From: Chrysomallon squamiferum
Lineage: Eukaryota > Animalia > Mollusca
Direction: 5' to 3'
Assembly: GCA_012295275.1 (NCBI GenBank)
Contig: CM022672.1
Coordinates: forward strand, 24,986,001-25,050,000
Length of the DNA: 64,000 bases
Shown here: piece by piece, positions 28,038-43,200 of the stretch
Numbering within the stretch: the stretch's first letter is position 1
Layout: every line of letters starts with the position of its first letter
Translations under genes and position numbers: made by a program
Notes under the pieces: model-generated
Databases searched by the model: none
What the model saw: the letters and a program-made list of their open reading frames with translations, nothing else
What the model was told of the DNA's origin: nothing

Positions 28038-30884
28038 TTTATTGCGTGTCTTCATTTGAGTGTATTTTCTTTTTCTTTAGTAAAATCACACCATTTCCTG
28101 TCATAATGATATAGCTGGACATGCAAATCCGCTAAGTAGTGTCTTGTGTCACCATTTTGATTTTTTGATGTAACGAAATAATAAAAAATAATAATAATAA
28201 TAATGAATAAGAGTAACATAATTCATTCCGTAAATTTATTATCTTAGCATAAGTATTGAACGACACATAATTCACGTTTGGTTAAATAATGTCAGACCTT
28301 GAATTTGAAAATAATAAGCAAATAAATGTAGTGTACATTATTTTAAAATTATCCAGACCCAAATTATCCACTGATAATGCATTTACGTCTGAGTTTATTA
28401 ATCATTAATTCATTACGTTATTTCATCGTTAATGTCAACATTGTCTGTACGCTACTATTACTCCGCAGATGGTTTTGTTTTCTTTCATTAAGGCGGTTAG
28501 AAATCCATTTAAAAACGCGCGTGCAATTTGCTTTTATTATCATGCCACAAAGGCTTTCGCGCCACGTGACCCTAGTTTTGGAGCACGTGACTTTAACCCG
28601 CCGAAAAAAAAGTATTCCGGTCGTACTAAACTGCAGAAAGGACGCCAGTTGTCCGCAAGCACATGACAGGAATTCTCCAGTTTGAACTGGAAATGTTTCC
28701 TTGGCATTCTGACTTTAATTTGTCTCTATTTAATTACGTCCGGCCAACAACGAATGGGTTCCGATTACATCGCTTGCTTGCTTAAATGATATTTAGCGCA
28801 GTGAGAAATAATGGAGGGTTTCAACCGATAATGGAGGATGGCAGGCATATCAGCCCGACAGAGAACACACGCAGATCCAGGGGAGACACGCACCCAGCAT
28901 CTCACCCCTAACGTATTTCCACTGATTAATGGCAGGGGAAAACAATGTGTTTTTAGTAGTAGTAGTAGTAGTTGTTGTTGTTGCAGTAATAGTAGCAATA
29001 ATAGTAGCAATAATAGTAGTAATGGTCGTAGTAATGGTAGTTGTAGAATTAGTAGTGGTTGTGGTAGTAGTAGTAGCAGCAGCAGCAGCAAACATTTCAT
29101 CTGTAAAATGATACAGGCTGAGAATCCTTTATCCGAAATGTCGCCATTGTTTCTGATTTTCCAATACAAGAAGATCTCCTGAGAATATGGTCGAAGTCTT
29201 AATACGAATTCCATTTATATCTCATATATAGCTTATAAAAAAAAAAAATTTATATTCTTTTGTGCATAAAATGAAATTTCTGAATGCAAAACTTTAAAAT
29301 ATCACCATTTCTGCTGCTCGGAAAAAGTTTCGAATTTCGGAGTTCTTACGACTCCGGGTAAAAGATTTTGTAACCGTGTTTGTTGCAACGAATGCGGCCC
29401 TTTTCTGCCATTCTGACCCGCTCCTGGACAGTTCCTGTTTATTTGTATCTCTCCTACTAACCCACTAATTTAGACTGGATCAAAGGAAACAGGACTTGGT
29501 ACTTAATTCAAGTAATGCTATTTTTATTTCAATTTAGGTCATACTTTGACCCACTGCACCACATAATAAAATATAGCATATTGATGAAGAATTCAGTATA
29601 TCTGGGTTTTAGTTTTATTAATTAAAAAGAGCATTATTAAAAATGCTGAATAGTATTGTTATATCGAACGTAAACTTCAGGCTAAACTTTCTGTTAGTTA
29701 AAAAATGTTCTATTAATTTCTAAGGTCCTTCCTCAAAGATATATATAAATCCATACTAATGTTGTAATATTATACTTTTTAAATAAATAAATAAAAGAAA
29801 ACAAAATCTTTTCAGTGTTTTATTTCAGAAACAAGTAAACGACAACAACAACAACAAAATTCCTTTTACTTTAGGAAAAGATTAGAATAAAATATTTTTA
29901 TGAGTAAATTAACATTAACAAAAAACAACAAAAAAAAAAAAAAAACAAACAGGTACATACTCACGTACACAGCTAACAAAATCAAAAATATTTTCAAAAC
30001 GTTTTATAGTTCACTTTAATTATATCGTAATTACAGATTCGTTTTATTTCGTTTGAATTCGATGGTTCCTGAATATACACAATTACAATTTAAATAAAGT
30101 CAACTTTAAAGCTTTTGGAAAATATTTTTCAATACTATAAAATGTTTTTGTGTAGGTGTGTTAAGTTCTACAGAAATTAGGATATTTATTTATAAATGTA
30201 GTGTGTATCTGTCTATAGAACATACTTATCTTTTTACAGTATTTAAAATGTTTTTAAATAATTCATTGTTTTGTTTAATAATTACGAAATGAATCTTTAG
30301 TATACTTTTTAATGTTTATCATTTTATTAATTTAATATGTAAACAACCATTTTTGTTTTCAAAAGCCGTGACATCGCGATGACATAGACACAGCCTTTGT
30401 ATGATATTTGACCTTTTGAACGTAAACGTAATCAACCTTTTGCAATAAAATAAATAAATAATAATAACAGTTATCATAATATTAATATCTTAATACTTAT
30501 ATCTTAATAATTTTATGTTAAAATTAAAAATAAACTAATTTAGTATTCTTACATGCATATATATATATATACTACATACAGATAGATAACACATGACATA
30601 CAAAAATGCACATACACAAACCACTACATAATCTTAAGAACAAGCATATTCGTCATAAAGTCATACAGAGACAGGGTTCAACATAAATCCCTCATAAACA
30701 TACGGAACAAGCATATAAATAATTGTAACAAGTGTAAAAAAAAAAAATTATTAATAATAGAGAAAAAAAAATCAAAGCGGTTAAACGAACTAATACAGCC
30801 GAGTTCACTGAAATAATTATCAATCCAGAAACAAACACTGAACCAGGAGAAGCATCCGACATTCATATTTCTTACTTTTTTTTC

Positions 30885-30945
<61 letters not shown>

Positions 30946-31115
30946 TAAAATTCATTTCATTTTAAACTTCTCTCAGCGATGTCGACCTTTGCATTAATTT
31001 TCAAATATCCTATATCCTCCCCAGTATACGAACAAATGTACACGCCCCTAAATAGAAAGCAGCCATAGAAATGTGTGTGTGTGTATGAGAGAGATAAGAA
31101 GAAAAAAAAAAACAA

Positions 31116-31146
<31 letters not shown>

Positions 31147-31699
31147 AAGGTCGATTTATAAATGAGCCCCGAAAAGGCCGCGAAGAAAGTCTAGTGAAAA
31201 TAGAACTGGGGATTTCTCATCAGTTTTGCCACGCGGGGTCGCCTAGCGCAGAATGTTGATGAATAAAACGTTTCTATTTACTGAAGCTTACGCCGCTGAG
31301 CTGTATTCTATGATACGGGGTTGATTTATATTGTTACTGCTACCACAGATATTTCTAGAGCGTGCATTCCATTGTCACTGTCACCGCGTTTTGTCACGCA
31401 TTGTGTGATCCGAGCAGAAATTTAAGGAACAAACAGAACTCGGTCCAAGGCAAAACAACGAAAGGGCGGGATAACTTTTCAACACCTTTTATACTGAGTG
31501 ACTGAAGAAACGCACCGTTTATCGTGGGAGAAAAATATAACTATAAATTAATCAATTAATTAAATGTTTATTAATATACAGATAAGAGTATTTATATGTG
31601 GTATGTGGGTGTGGGTGTGGGTGTGGGTGTGTGTGTGTGCCTGTGCATGCGCGCGCCGTGTTTACGTGTGTGTAAAATAAATATTAAATAACTTGCTCT

Positions 31700-31730
<31 letters not shown>

Positions 31731-32008
31731 GAGTTAAAAAATGTTTTGTTATCATAAACTAAAATTTAATTGTTGAAATAATGGGTTACGGTAGTTGTAG
31801 TTGTTGTACATGCAGTGTAGTAGTTTTAACTGTAGTGGCGTTTGTTGTTTTAGTGTTGTTGCTGCTGTTGAAAAACGTGCAAATGGTGGAAAAACTGTGT
31901 TGTTTGTAATAGAGTTGTATTTGCAGATAATTATAAAATTTACATGTATACACATGCACCTAAATACACACACAGCAAACGAATACTTTTTTTATTTTTA
32001 TTTTTATT

Positions 32009-32047
<39 letters not shown>

Positions 32048-32537
32048 TTTTTTTTTTTTATTTTTTAAATATGTTTTGACAAGGTATATCCGACTAGAAT
32101 TTCCAAACCGAACTTTTCTGTAAATGAAACAATCTGAAACAGTTTAACCTAACTATCTCTATGGTAACGAATGAAAAGAATTTGCTGCAGTAAAAGGTGA
32201 GATAATAACCTCGCTGTATTTTTCCGCTAGTTGAGTTTTCCCATTCACAGTCGACCTGCACTTCTCTTGTCACTAGGGTTACATTTCAGCGTTCACTTAG
32301 AAGTCTTCAACCGCCATTCTGTAACACTCTGAATAGACCATCTGTCACAACTGCTCAAAATGCTTCTCGTTTGTTCACTCAGACAATTAAATATGAAACC
32401 GTATAAGGGTGAGAGTTTCCTAATACACATTTGTAACGAAGTCGTTGCTTTAATTTAATCTTATACATTTTTTTTGACAAAAATGTCTGGGAAGAATCCA
32501 TTTATGAAGAATAAATAAATAAATAAATAATGATAGT

Positions 32538-32571
<34 letters not shown>

Positions 32572-34734
32572 TTGTTGTGGGGTGGTAATGATGACGATGA
32601 CAACAATAATAATAATCTTGTCTATAATGCGTATAATCTTAATAAGTTGAATATGTTTATATAAAACATATTCTTCCTACATGTTATACAGAAATGTAAT
32701 TAAATCAATAAATAAATAAATAAACTTGATAAAAACACTCTAATAGGGACAGTAATTTGTTTTTTTTCCCGTCTGTATGTCTGTCGTCATCTTGTCTCTT
32801 TTCCAGCCATGTTATTCCAGTCTTGTTTTCTGTCTTTCTTCTTTCATTAACTCCCTCCTCAGCCTCGCACCCCTCCCTCTCTTTCTGTTACAACATTTTA
32901 TATACGATTTAGAATCCCATTATCATTTCTGCTGCTTAGAGGCTGTACACCACCATTCCGGTGCAGCGATACAAATTAATTATACGGACAAAACCTTAAA
33001 TATTCTATTTCGACATGACCTTAATTAACTTTTATATGCTCTCGCCGTGTGATAATTACTTTGGCGAGATAATGTGACGTGCCTTCCTGTTATCTATCGA
33101 GCATTTTCCCTTCAAGTAATGGACAACTGAAATCAATTTGAACCCACGTCCCTCTGAAAGGATAATTTATTCCGCTTTCATTTTGACGTAGTCGGCTGAA
33201 ATTCTTGCCCCACTTTCAGGATAATGGTAATAGTCTGATTGCGTCACGGCTGCCTACGAAACCGCTCTGGTTGTGGTATCTGAGTCGATGTCGTATGACC
33301 TAGGTTGAAATCACATTGCTGAGAATGTTTCTAGATTTTGGAAATGTTTTTTCCAGATGTTGTGCTGCTTGTCAGTTTAAAGTTGTTTGCAGTGATATAT
33401 AGTTTTGCACTTTTTAACCCCAGTCCTTTAGTACCTGGCAGTAAACGAGATTACACGATTTCGCTTCTATCAGTTGTTTCGTTAAAGAACGAAGACGCTA
33501 TAACTTTATTTTTAAAATACCAGACTATATATTTCTTCCAGAAACCGGCTTTAGAATGATATTAATTTGTTTCTGTTAAAATCAAGTTCATTTTTGACGT
33601 TTCACTGTTTATTATATATTTTAAACATATATTCAACATGCGTATAATTCTGCATACTTTAATATCATTAAAATCGATAATAAAAATCTGTACATGTAAC
33701 AAACATCAGTGGATTTAATGCATGTGGATGGACAGCTATTTTGGTGGACAAATGGTTGGATGTATAGGCCCATATTGTAGGTGGGTAGGTGGATGGATGG
33801 ATTTGGGCGAAAAGCTGGATGAATGAATGGATTGTGGATAGAGAGAGGGATAGCCGGATGGATTAAACTTGTAAATATAGAACTTACAGAGAAAGTTAAA
33901 TTCGTTTGGATTTAATGCAACGAAACCAAAAGTTAACTAAATATTCATTTTCAAATTCTGAAATGGTGTTCATGGAAATTAAATAAGGTGCGAAAAGTGG
34001 GTGGTTCAAGTTCAGACCTCACATGTTTTAAATCCTGTCCGTATGAAAATAATTAATGTTAAGAGGGGACAAATAATCGCAATGAAATTTCATCCATCGT
34101 TTGGCTGAACCAATTTGTTTAGGCTCAGCAAAAAATAAAAAAAATAAAACTGTTTGTATTCGGAAATAATTAATGTTTCAATGATATATTTGATGAGCTT
34201 AGTCGGACAAATCCCACTCCGTTTGACAGTTCCCGGACATCAAACACCGAACACCAAGCCGACTTTTGGAACGAAAAAAAATAATAATAACACTTCTACT
34301 GCCATTTCCGAAATTAATAGCTTGATTATCTGCAAGGCCTAAGAGAGCGGGCTCTACAAAGCTGTTTGTAGAAGCGAATGAAAGGCTGAATCCAGGGATG
34401 AAAAGGGGATTTTTCCGCTTAATTTCCCCCTCTCTCAGTGGATCATTCAGTATTAATGTCGGTTATTAGATGAGAAGTTACTGAGTTCCGTGAGGAATTG
34501 GCTATTGACTCTCTGCCGCCGGCTGCCAGTGCGTTCCGTGATCTCCCAGGCACACATCTGAATTGTGTGTCCAACAAAAATAAGTAACTGTGATGATTAC
34601 CTGATTAACACTCTCAGAACGGAATTAGAGCATTTTTTTCCTATCGTAATTGTTTTCATGGTTATTGGGGGGGTTTTCCGGGGTTTTCTTGTATGGATGT
34701 CATAAATGCTTTGCCGGTCAGTTTTAATTATGTA

Positions 34735-34747
34735 ACACACACACACA

Positions 34748-34811
<64 letters not shown>

Positions 34812-35058
34812 ACACACAACACACACACGCATCACTCTTATCATATTTGTAATTCTTAAGACTGCTCATAAACATGTCCTAATTTATTTGTTTTCTATTT
34901 TTGTTTTTGTTTTGTTTTCTTATTTCTATTTATTTTAGCAAACTCAGTTTTTCTTTCAACACATCTTTGTTCGTTCATTTTATGTTTGTTTGTATGTATA
35001 TATTTTGTTCAAGGATTTAGCTTTGCTTTAAACATACTCTGTGTCTGTGTCTGTGTCT

Positions 35059-35134
<76 letters not shown>
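34735..35134. repeat. Facing (CA)n and (TG)n microsatellites
   Basis: Visible at 34735-34830 and 35041-35134. Confidence 0.9.
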
Positions 35135-35136
<2 letters not shown>

Positions 35137-35691
35137 ATATACATATTTACAGTGAATACGAACGCACCGATAATGTTGGGTCCGTCAGACATATCGCAGT
35201 ATTGACTGTAATCTGAGTTCATAATTCTCATTTTATTACAGAGTCGCAGCGGCTGTTTGAAATCGCTTGAGGCGGACACTCTTCGTCAGAACCGCAAAAT
35301 CCATCCCACATAATGTCCACAGCATTTATATTGATATTACACATCTTCATATAATTATGGGGTTTTTTTTTCTTGTCTACAACTGCACTGTTTCTCAATC
35401 CTGTGGATCGTCCAAATAAAAGCGTTTTCAGAAACTTTCTAAATTTTAGGAAATATAATAAAGACACATATATTTACTAACATTAAAAAAAAAAGATAAT
35501 AAAAAAAAAAAGATAGTACAATTATAAGGAAGATTCTAGAAATGTTTTCGGGCAGTCACACAAGCTTTTCTAATACAAAATTCCGAACACGTCGCTGTTC
35601 ACAATCGTTCACGTTCTTGCCTAGATGCGTACTGTACGTTATTAAAATGCGTTAAACTGTATGCGTATGTCATTGATTTGAAAGTTTAGCA

Positions 35692-35737
<46 letters not shown>

Positions 35738-37780
35738 CGCACACACACACACTGATTTAAATTTTTGACGATAAAGGTCACTCATGAATGAGTACCGTCA
35801 TATGTTCTACGCGTAACTGTGGAATGGATTTCGTGTATATATGTCTATTAAAACTGCATACTGAAATTACTAATTTCTAATATCAAAGCTAATAAGTATA
35901 ATAATTTTGTAATCAAATACTGACCATAATGTTATAATTTCAGTACATTATAATCAGAACACAAAAACGTCAAAGATGTTTACGGAAACTTAATGGGACC
36001 TTACGATCCTCAAGCTGTTGCAAACATCTGTTTAGGGAAATTGTTTCTTTTTAATTAGTCTGGTATCACGAAGCATTAGACTGGAATAATCTTTTAAAAA
36101 TCAAAATGATTTGGACGAATGTGGCAGGATGTATAACATTGACACGACATCGCATACAAAGTGCACTGGAATCTGAAATATACAGAATGGGACAGGCATT
36201 TAGAACATCGATAAAATTACATCGATACCCTATGTTCATTCGTTTAGTCACAGATGTATTGTATTTTACTGTTTACCAGCGTTTTAATGAAAAATTATAT
36301 TATAGTCGTGATTGGTTCCAGGATCAGTTCTTGTCGCTGTTTCTCGTTACAGCTAGTGCTCGAAGATATCAATTTAATAAAAATTCTGGGAAATCAGTTA
36401 AGTTTCCTTCTAATTGAAAATGAATAGCGGGTTTTATTTTCAGAGTTTGTTAAATAAAATAATTATTCTATTTTTTATATTTAACATTAACGCTAACTAA
36501 TATATATGCAAATATATAATCATACATATTTTAAAAAAAAAAAAATTAATAATAACAGATTAAAAAAGATAATGATAATAATAAATAATTAATTAATTAA
36601 TTAATTAATTATTTAAATTGCCGCTAGAACAGGATTAACATAGCGACAACTGCTTCATTTTCACGAGCATCAGAATCATGTGGCATTTGAATTTAATTTT
36701 CATTCATATCTGTTTTAGCCATTTCCCCTGCCGTCTGTGTTTCTGCCACTGAAGCGGCGAGTGTCAGAAAAGGACAGTATTTGATATCAGTGACATTTTT
36801 TAAATGTCAAAATACGAATGTTTTGGCGCCACTCGTCTCCGCAGTATCAGCACCACATGCTGCAGTGTCTTTGTGATGTGTAAACAGTAAACATTGATCA
36901 TATTCTCACATGTTCAAATTACGCTGCTCAGCCAAATCCCCAAATAAGAAAAAATCATCTTTGTGGTTCTTTTTATCTTACACTAGTCCACAGTTATGAC
37001 GTATTTCAATTATTGAAATAGTGGATGATTTTTTTTTATGCTGAAGACATTAGAGAGAAAATATTCTTTAGTGAAAAAAAATAAAGTAAAAATGGATTTA
37101 ATAAATAAAATTTGGAGCCATGGTTTCATTTAAAAACAAAAAAAGTGGGCGCTATAATGGTGTTGAACATTGCTTTCAAAATGAAATGAATTTCTTTGTA
37201 ACTGGAAGCATAATGTGTGTTGTCACACTACATGACAACAGCGATTTCTCTCATCACAGAAAGCTTGTACAAATCGAAAGTGACTTCTTTAAAATAAAAA
37301 AAAAATAATAATAATATATATTTTTTTAAATACTATTTATTGTCGCGAGAAGAAAATCAAACTGACATCACCATGAATTCATTTAGTCATTTTTTTAAGC
37401 AGTGTTTTTTTTGGGGTTTTTGTTGTTTTTTTTCTGAATGTTCCATAAAGTTTCTCGATTCAAATGATATGAAATTATATATACAGGGAGATAATCGCAT
37501 ACTCAATTTTTATGTTGACAAGTGTACACGGACGACACAAGCACGAAGGGAAGCAACTCTTGCCTGAATTATTTTAATTTTGACATTGATTGAAACAAAA
37601 TGTAACAGGGTCATGCTAATCAGACACGAAAACGACAAAGATATTTAAAATAAAGTTTACAGACATATTAAAATTATCGCAGTGTTAGAACTGTTCTTTA
37701 TAGACAGAATTAAATTTTTGAAAATTAAATAACTTTGTTGTTATAAATAAAGTGTTGAGTAGTTATTTGAAAAAAGAATA

Positions 37781-37849
<69 letters not shown>

Positions 37850-38232
37850 AATAATGATAATAATAAGAAGAAGAATAAGAATAATAGAATATAATAGAAT
37901 ATAATATAATTTTTATTTTCTTTATAATATAATTTAATTTAATTAATTAATTAATTTAATTTATTTATATTATATTATATTATATTATAAAAACAAATAA
38001 AAATAAAGAAAGAAAAAAGGAAACAAAAGGCATTTATCCATCCAGTATTGATTATCCTTTTTATTGTTATATATTTGTTTTTGTTGTTTTGTTTTTTTTT
38101 CGTTTTTTTTACGGGTGAGAGAGTATGTGTTGAATTTATTTTTTGAGGGATTATTCTAAAATGTGGTGGTAAGAAAACGAAAAATAATTGTGACATATAT
38201 TCTGGAGGAGATTTTTTTATTTATTTATTTAT

Positions 38233-38282
<50 letters not shown>

Positions 38283-39477
38283 ATAGTATTATTTAAATCT
38301 GTTAAAAAAAAAAAATCAGTAAAACAGTTAAAATTATAACCATTTTTCTTGAACGCGGTTACGAATTTCACTGGTCGCGTTTACAATATTATTAGTAACT
38401 TGGCGTTGTTGTATGGTCATGACGTTAGTACTCTGCTAATAAGCAAAGACTAATCTGCGTTCTCAGTTAAGAAAGAAGATATGTGTACAACATATCTTAT
38501 GGGCTTGACAATCGATAATTCTTACCTATTAGAGACCATACTGAAACGAACGACATCCCTTCAGTGTAAAATGCATTGATTTTTATCCCTGTCGCAGTAT
38601 TAGTATTACATACAGTCGTGTCACAAGTTGCTAAATCCATAGACGTCTGCTTAGAATTTTTCTGGAACACACAGATACAATAGAAAAAGAGAATCACCTT
38701 TTTTTTTTTTGATATTTGAATACTAGGTTGTGTTTAAAGAAGAAAAGAAAAGGTTTCTTTAAAATATATATTTTTATATATATATATTTGTTAAAAATAT
38801 ATGGGAACTGTTGTGTGTTGTTTTTTGTGTCATTTAAAGAAATCTTGGATTCTATTAATCTCCAAGAGAAGCAGATACCTGCAGTATCTCGTATTCTTTT
38901 GATGGATATTATTGATGAAACTAAAGTGCGTGGGCTTGGCAGCTTCTAGTCTGCACGTTAGTACTGGTAATTATTCTGTTTTTCTCTCTGTAAATCAGAC
39001 AAAACATAGTGTAGATGAATCTATAAGAGGATTGTTCTTATCAGAACAAAAATGATTCGATTGTCGATGTACTAATAAGGAATAGTGTTCGACATCTCTG
39101 TGACTGTACGACAAGAACTATAAACTGATTTAGAATTTTTCGATAAATTTAAAAAAAAAAAAAAAAAAAAATCAGAAAGGAGACCTCAAAGACGTTGGAA
39201 ATATATCATGATATACTCCAGAAACAAAATTTGTAAGTTCATATTGTTTTTGTTTTTTTTGTTGGTTTTTTTTTTTTTTTTCCGTGTTTGTACCACACCC
39301 TTGTTTGTTTCGTGTATACAGAAAATAATTATTGTTCAAAAATGAAAGGTAGAATAGTTCCATTAGGCACAACACTGAAGGAGTAATTATTATATACATA
39401 CATTGCCCTGATTTTAATAGATAATATTATAGTCAGTAATTTACTTATGTATGTTCTAAAATATCTTGTACTATTTA

Positions 39478-39509
<32 letters not shown>

Positions 39510-39689
39510 ATTTATTTTTTTTTTTTTTTTTTTAATGCTTTCTTCATGTTTTGTTGTTGTAGTTGTTGTGTTCGTGTTCGTGTTCTTGTTCTGGTATAAA
39601 TATAGTGTCTAAGTCTTCAGTGTTATAGAGAGAGCTTAAGCACCGCATCTTTGGTACTCAAGTTTTATTAAGTGCTTTTTTTATCACTT

Positions 39690-40213
39690 TGTCGCTGGTC
39701 AAATTTTTTTATTTGATTTAAACGATTAACTGGTCAAAGAACGGCTTTATAAAAAATGTTCAACGAACACTGTTAACAGACATAACAATGTGCCATTTCC
39801 TCACCTTTGGGTCTGACCCTGTCCACATAGAAAAGGTCAAGTTGATCTTTACCGCGGTGTTTACGTCACCTCGTGTACACCTTGAACCCGTGACCTCATA
39901 ACACAGTCACCTGAATCCTACATCACCGGTCCATTTGTTTACAGATAATTTATATAACTGTGTATTCTTTCATTAATACATATTTTTTAACCCTCTATTT
40001 ACCTTTTATGTTAGTACTAAATACAATACAGCTTTATTCTTTCTATCCGATACTTTAGAGTGCGTTCACTAAAGTACATTGTGCTGCATTGTGGGCCTTT
40101 TTACGGACTTGCAGATCTGTGGTAAACCAAAGCAGACATTTTGGATATTTATATAAGGTGAAGAAACTAAGGGAAGAAGTCCAACGTGGACATTTTTTAG
40201 TCCATTGGACAAT
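39690..40213 (+). promoter_or_regulatory. Putative proximal RXR promoter with nuclear-receptor half-site cluster
   Basis: DR2 TGAACC-cg-TGACCT 39883-39896, AAAGGTCA 39832-39839, TGACCC 39814-39819, TTACGTCA 39861-39868, directly upstream of exon 1. Confidence 0.55.
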
Positions 40214-40232
40214 ATGGATAATACAGAAATGG
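40214..40232 (+). CDS. RXR: RXR proximal first coding exon (MDNTEM+G)
   Basis: ATG GAT AAT ACA GAA ATG G|gtaag, phase 1. Joins to give MDNTEMDTLDGS, paralleling the MDxxxMDTL start I recall for snail RXRs. Confidence 0.8.
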
Positions 40233-43200
40233 GTAAGAAACCGACTGTATCATCAGGCGAATGCACAATAATGCAAATTCAAATGCGCATGGACAAAATA
40301 TGCAGCAGTATTATTCATCGGCATGCAGTCCGCCATCTTTGTCTTTCACTTGAAAGAAAAGGCGTACCAAACGAACCGTCTTTTGCATAAAACACCTGTA
40401 GAGCAAACACGTCAGTTATTTTACATGCACTAAGCAGATCAGAAGCTTTGAAAAAGTCATTAGTTGTGTAAAAGATAAAAATATCCCAATTATATTTATA
40501 AGAATAATATTGTCTTTTGATCGAATAGAAATACTTGAGAATTTAAGTGAAGTCATAAACTTGAGAAAGTGAGTAAAGGTGAAAAACGATAAAAGTCGAA
40601 GTATTATAGATTCATTTAACAGTCTTTTTTTTATTATTATTAGAAGAACCAAACCAACAAAAAAAAAATTGCTAGACTTAATCAAATACAAAATATAATT
40701 CCTTGTGAAAATAATTTAATTATAATTTATATATATAATGCAAACTATTTATATATATAATAATATTTAGTACATATACATATAGGATATGGGTAAATAT
40801 GTAAAGGAGGAATAGCACTGCATATTTTAACTTCTATGTATATAGTTGTGAAGAAAGAAGGTTTTAATTATAATAAGATAATTTGCGCTGCAATATGGGA
40901 TATAATAATGTAATGGCATTAATTATTGAAACAAAATAAAAATGCTATTTCCATACTTTATTCAGTCAACAGCTATCATGTTCATAAGTGTTACAAGTCC
41001 TGCAGACATCTAAATAATTTGCTAAAACGATTAAAAAATAATAATAATAAAAATACATATTCATGCCAGATGTAGTGGGCACATTAATAAGGTTTAAGGT
41101 AAGATTACATATTTGTTGACAAAAATAATTAATGAAAAATACAATAGCTAGTAGTATTATTTGTCTCAATGCAGTGGCAAAGTTTCTAAGATAATATCAC
41201 TTAAAATATGTTACTGGATTACACTAAAAGTATTTTCCCAGTTAAAACTTTTTTTGTTTTGTTTTGATAATTGTCTACATTATTTGCTTAATTTAAATCA
41301 GACAAAATTAATTAAAAAAAAATATATAAAAAAAAAAAAAACTGTGCTTTTTGACAGGTTTTCCAATATTTTTGATAATGATTTGCAATTTCAATATAAT
41401 TTGGTTGAATTTTTTATTTTTGTGTAGCATGTTTTTTGCTTAACTTTGTACACTTACTTTTATTCCATGGTATAGAATATTTAAATACTAAAAATTTTCA
41501 TGGTGCATTTGAATGTCATCTTGGAAATGAATGTATTGACCCTGAACTAAATTTTGTCGAAAGTGCTTTTCTATTTTTATTTTTTTTATTTTTATTATTT
41601 TTTTTTCACTTTAACCAATAGCATCTTTATATCTTTTTATTGTTATTTTTCTTTTTTTATTTTTTCTTCACATGAAATTTTCAGTTGTAATTTGGAAATG
41701 CTTACATAGGATACTCTGTAATACATTTAGTCTCTGCTGTATTGAAACCTTGTTCAGATAACATAAGTAATTACCTTTATGTTACTCTGCTCTGGCAGTT
41801 TTTATCTTTCAATCAAAGTCACAGATTATTGTTCAGAGTTAGAGGATACATAATTTATTGGATTTTAAAACGTTTGGGAATTGATTTTGCAAATTATAAT
41901 AATGCTTTCAGAAAGTATGAATAAAGAAATCTATTGATTTAATATCCAAGGGAAGCTGCATTATGAAATAGGATAATCTTTAGATGGTGGAACAATGCAA
42001 ACTAAAATAAATTTTTGTTAAAAGAAACATGCAATCAATACTAACTTTTGTTGTAAGATTTGCATATTTCATCAGTTATCCATCAAAGTATTTCCATTAT
42101 TTTCTTTTTCTTTTTTAAATTAAAAAATAATAATAATAAATAAAGAAAAAAACTTTTTAAAAAGGACATATTTTTCCAGTATTTATTATTTGTTTTTTTT
42201 TATCCCCATTTAATAGTAACTTAAAAACCATGTCTATTTGATTATTTATAATGAAATGGAAAGCAAATGGCATTCATTCAAACAAGTTGAACATTTTCTT
42301 TTCATTACAAGTCACATGTGGAATAATACCACTTTCCAATTTTCATCAATAATAAATTCAGCTATTATTACACATTCGGAGAATTGTCATAGACTTCATA
42401 CTGAATCATGTCTTCATAAACTGTAATGAATTTACTGTTATAAATTTGATCTCTCTTGTTGTTGATTTCAAGTGATGAAAGCTTTGCAGAATGCAGTTAA
42501 TGCTTTTGGGGGATTTTAATTTTTTAATTTTTTTTTTATAATTACATGTATGAGATTATAGAACTAAGTTTTAATGTTCAGATATTAATGTTTTATCCAA
42601 AACTATTTAGATCTGCTGTTAAAAATATTTTATTCATATACACAAGGAGTTCTCATAAAAAATACCCATATAATTTTCCAACTCAGCTTCATGAAAATTT
42701 GACTCATCTATAATAACATCTTTGTTGTTTCGTTTTTTATTTATTATTATTATTATTGGGTTTTTTTTGTTTTTTTTTAATTGTTGTTTGCTACAGAAAA
42801 AGTATTCACCAGATTCATTTCTTGTGTTCCCTCAAACATGCCTGTTTTTGTATAACATATTTGACCAGAGAAAAATAATTGACAAAACTGAAATACTGCA
42901 GTGCAGCAAACATGTAAGTTGCACAGATTTAAAAAATAAAAAAATATATATTATTGTTTTGTTTTTGTTTTGTTACATTTCATAGTAATAATAATACAAA
43001 CTTTGACATACTTTCTATTCTAATATTTTGTAATTTAATTTTTTCAGACACCCTTGATGGGAGTGTCAATGGCCATGGAGTTATTGGTGGTGGCAATATG
43101 TCCAATTCCATGGGTTCAATGAGTGGAATGGGGCACCCTCCAGATGTGAAACCAGATATTTCTGCCCTGCAGTCACCAACCAGCACACATGGATCATACT

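Noticed and set aside
40115-40213. Acceptor-like ttgcag at 40114 linking the distal exon to the proximal exon in frame
   Set aside because: Splicing 4578 to 40115 gives an immediate stop (GAT CTG TGG TAA); at most a non-coding leader junction.
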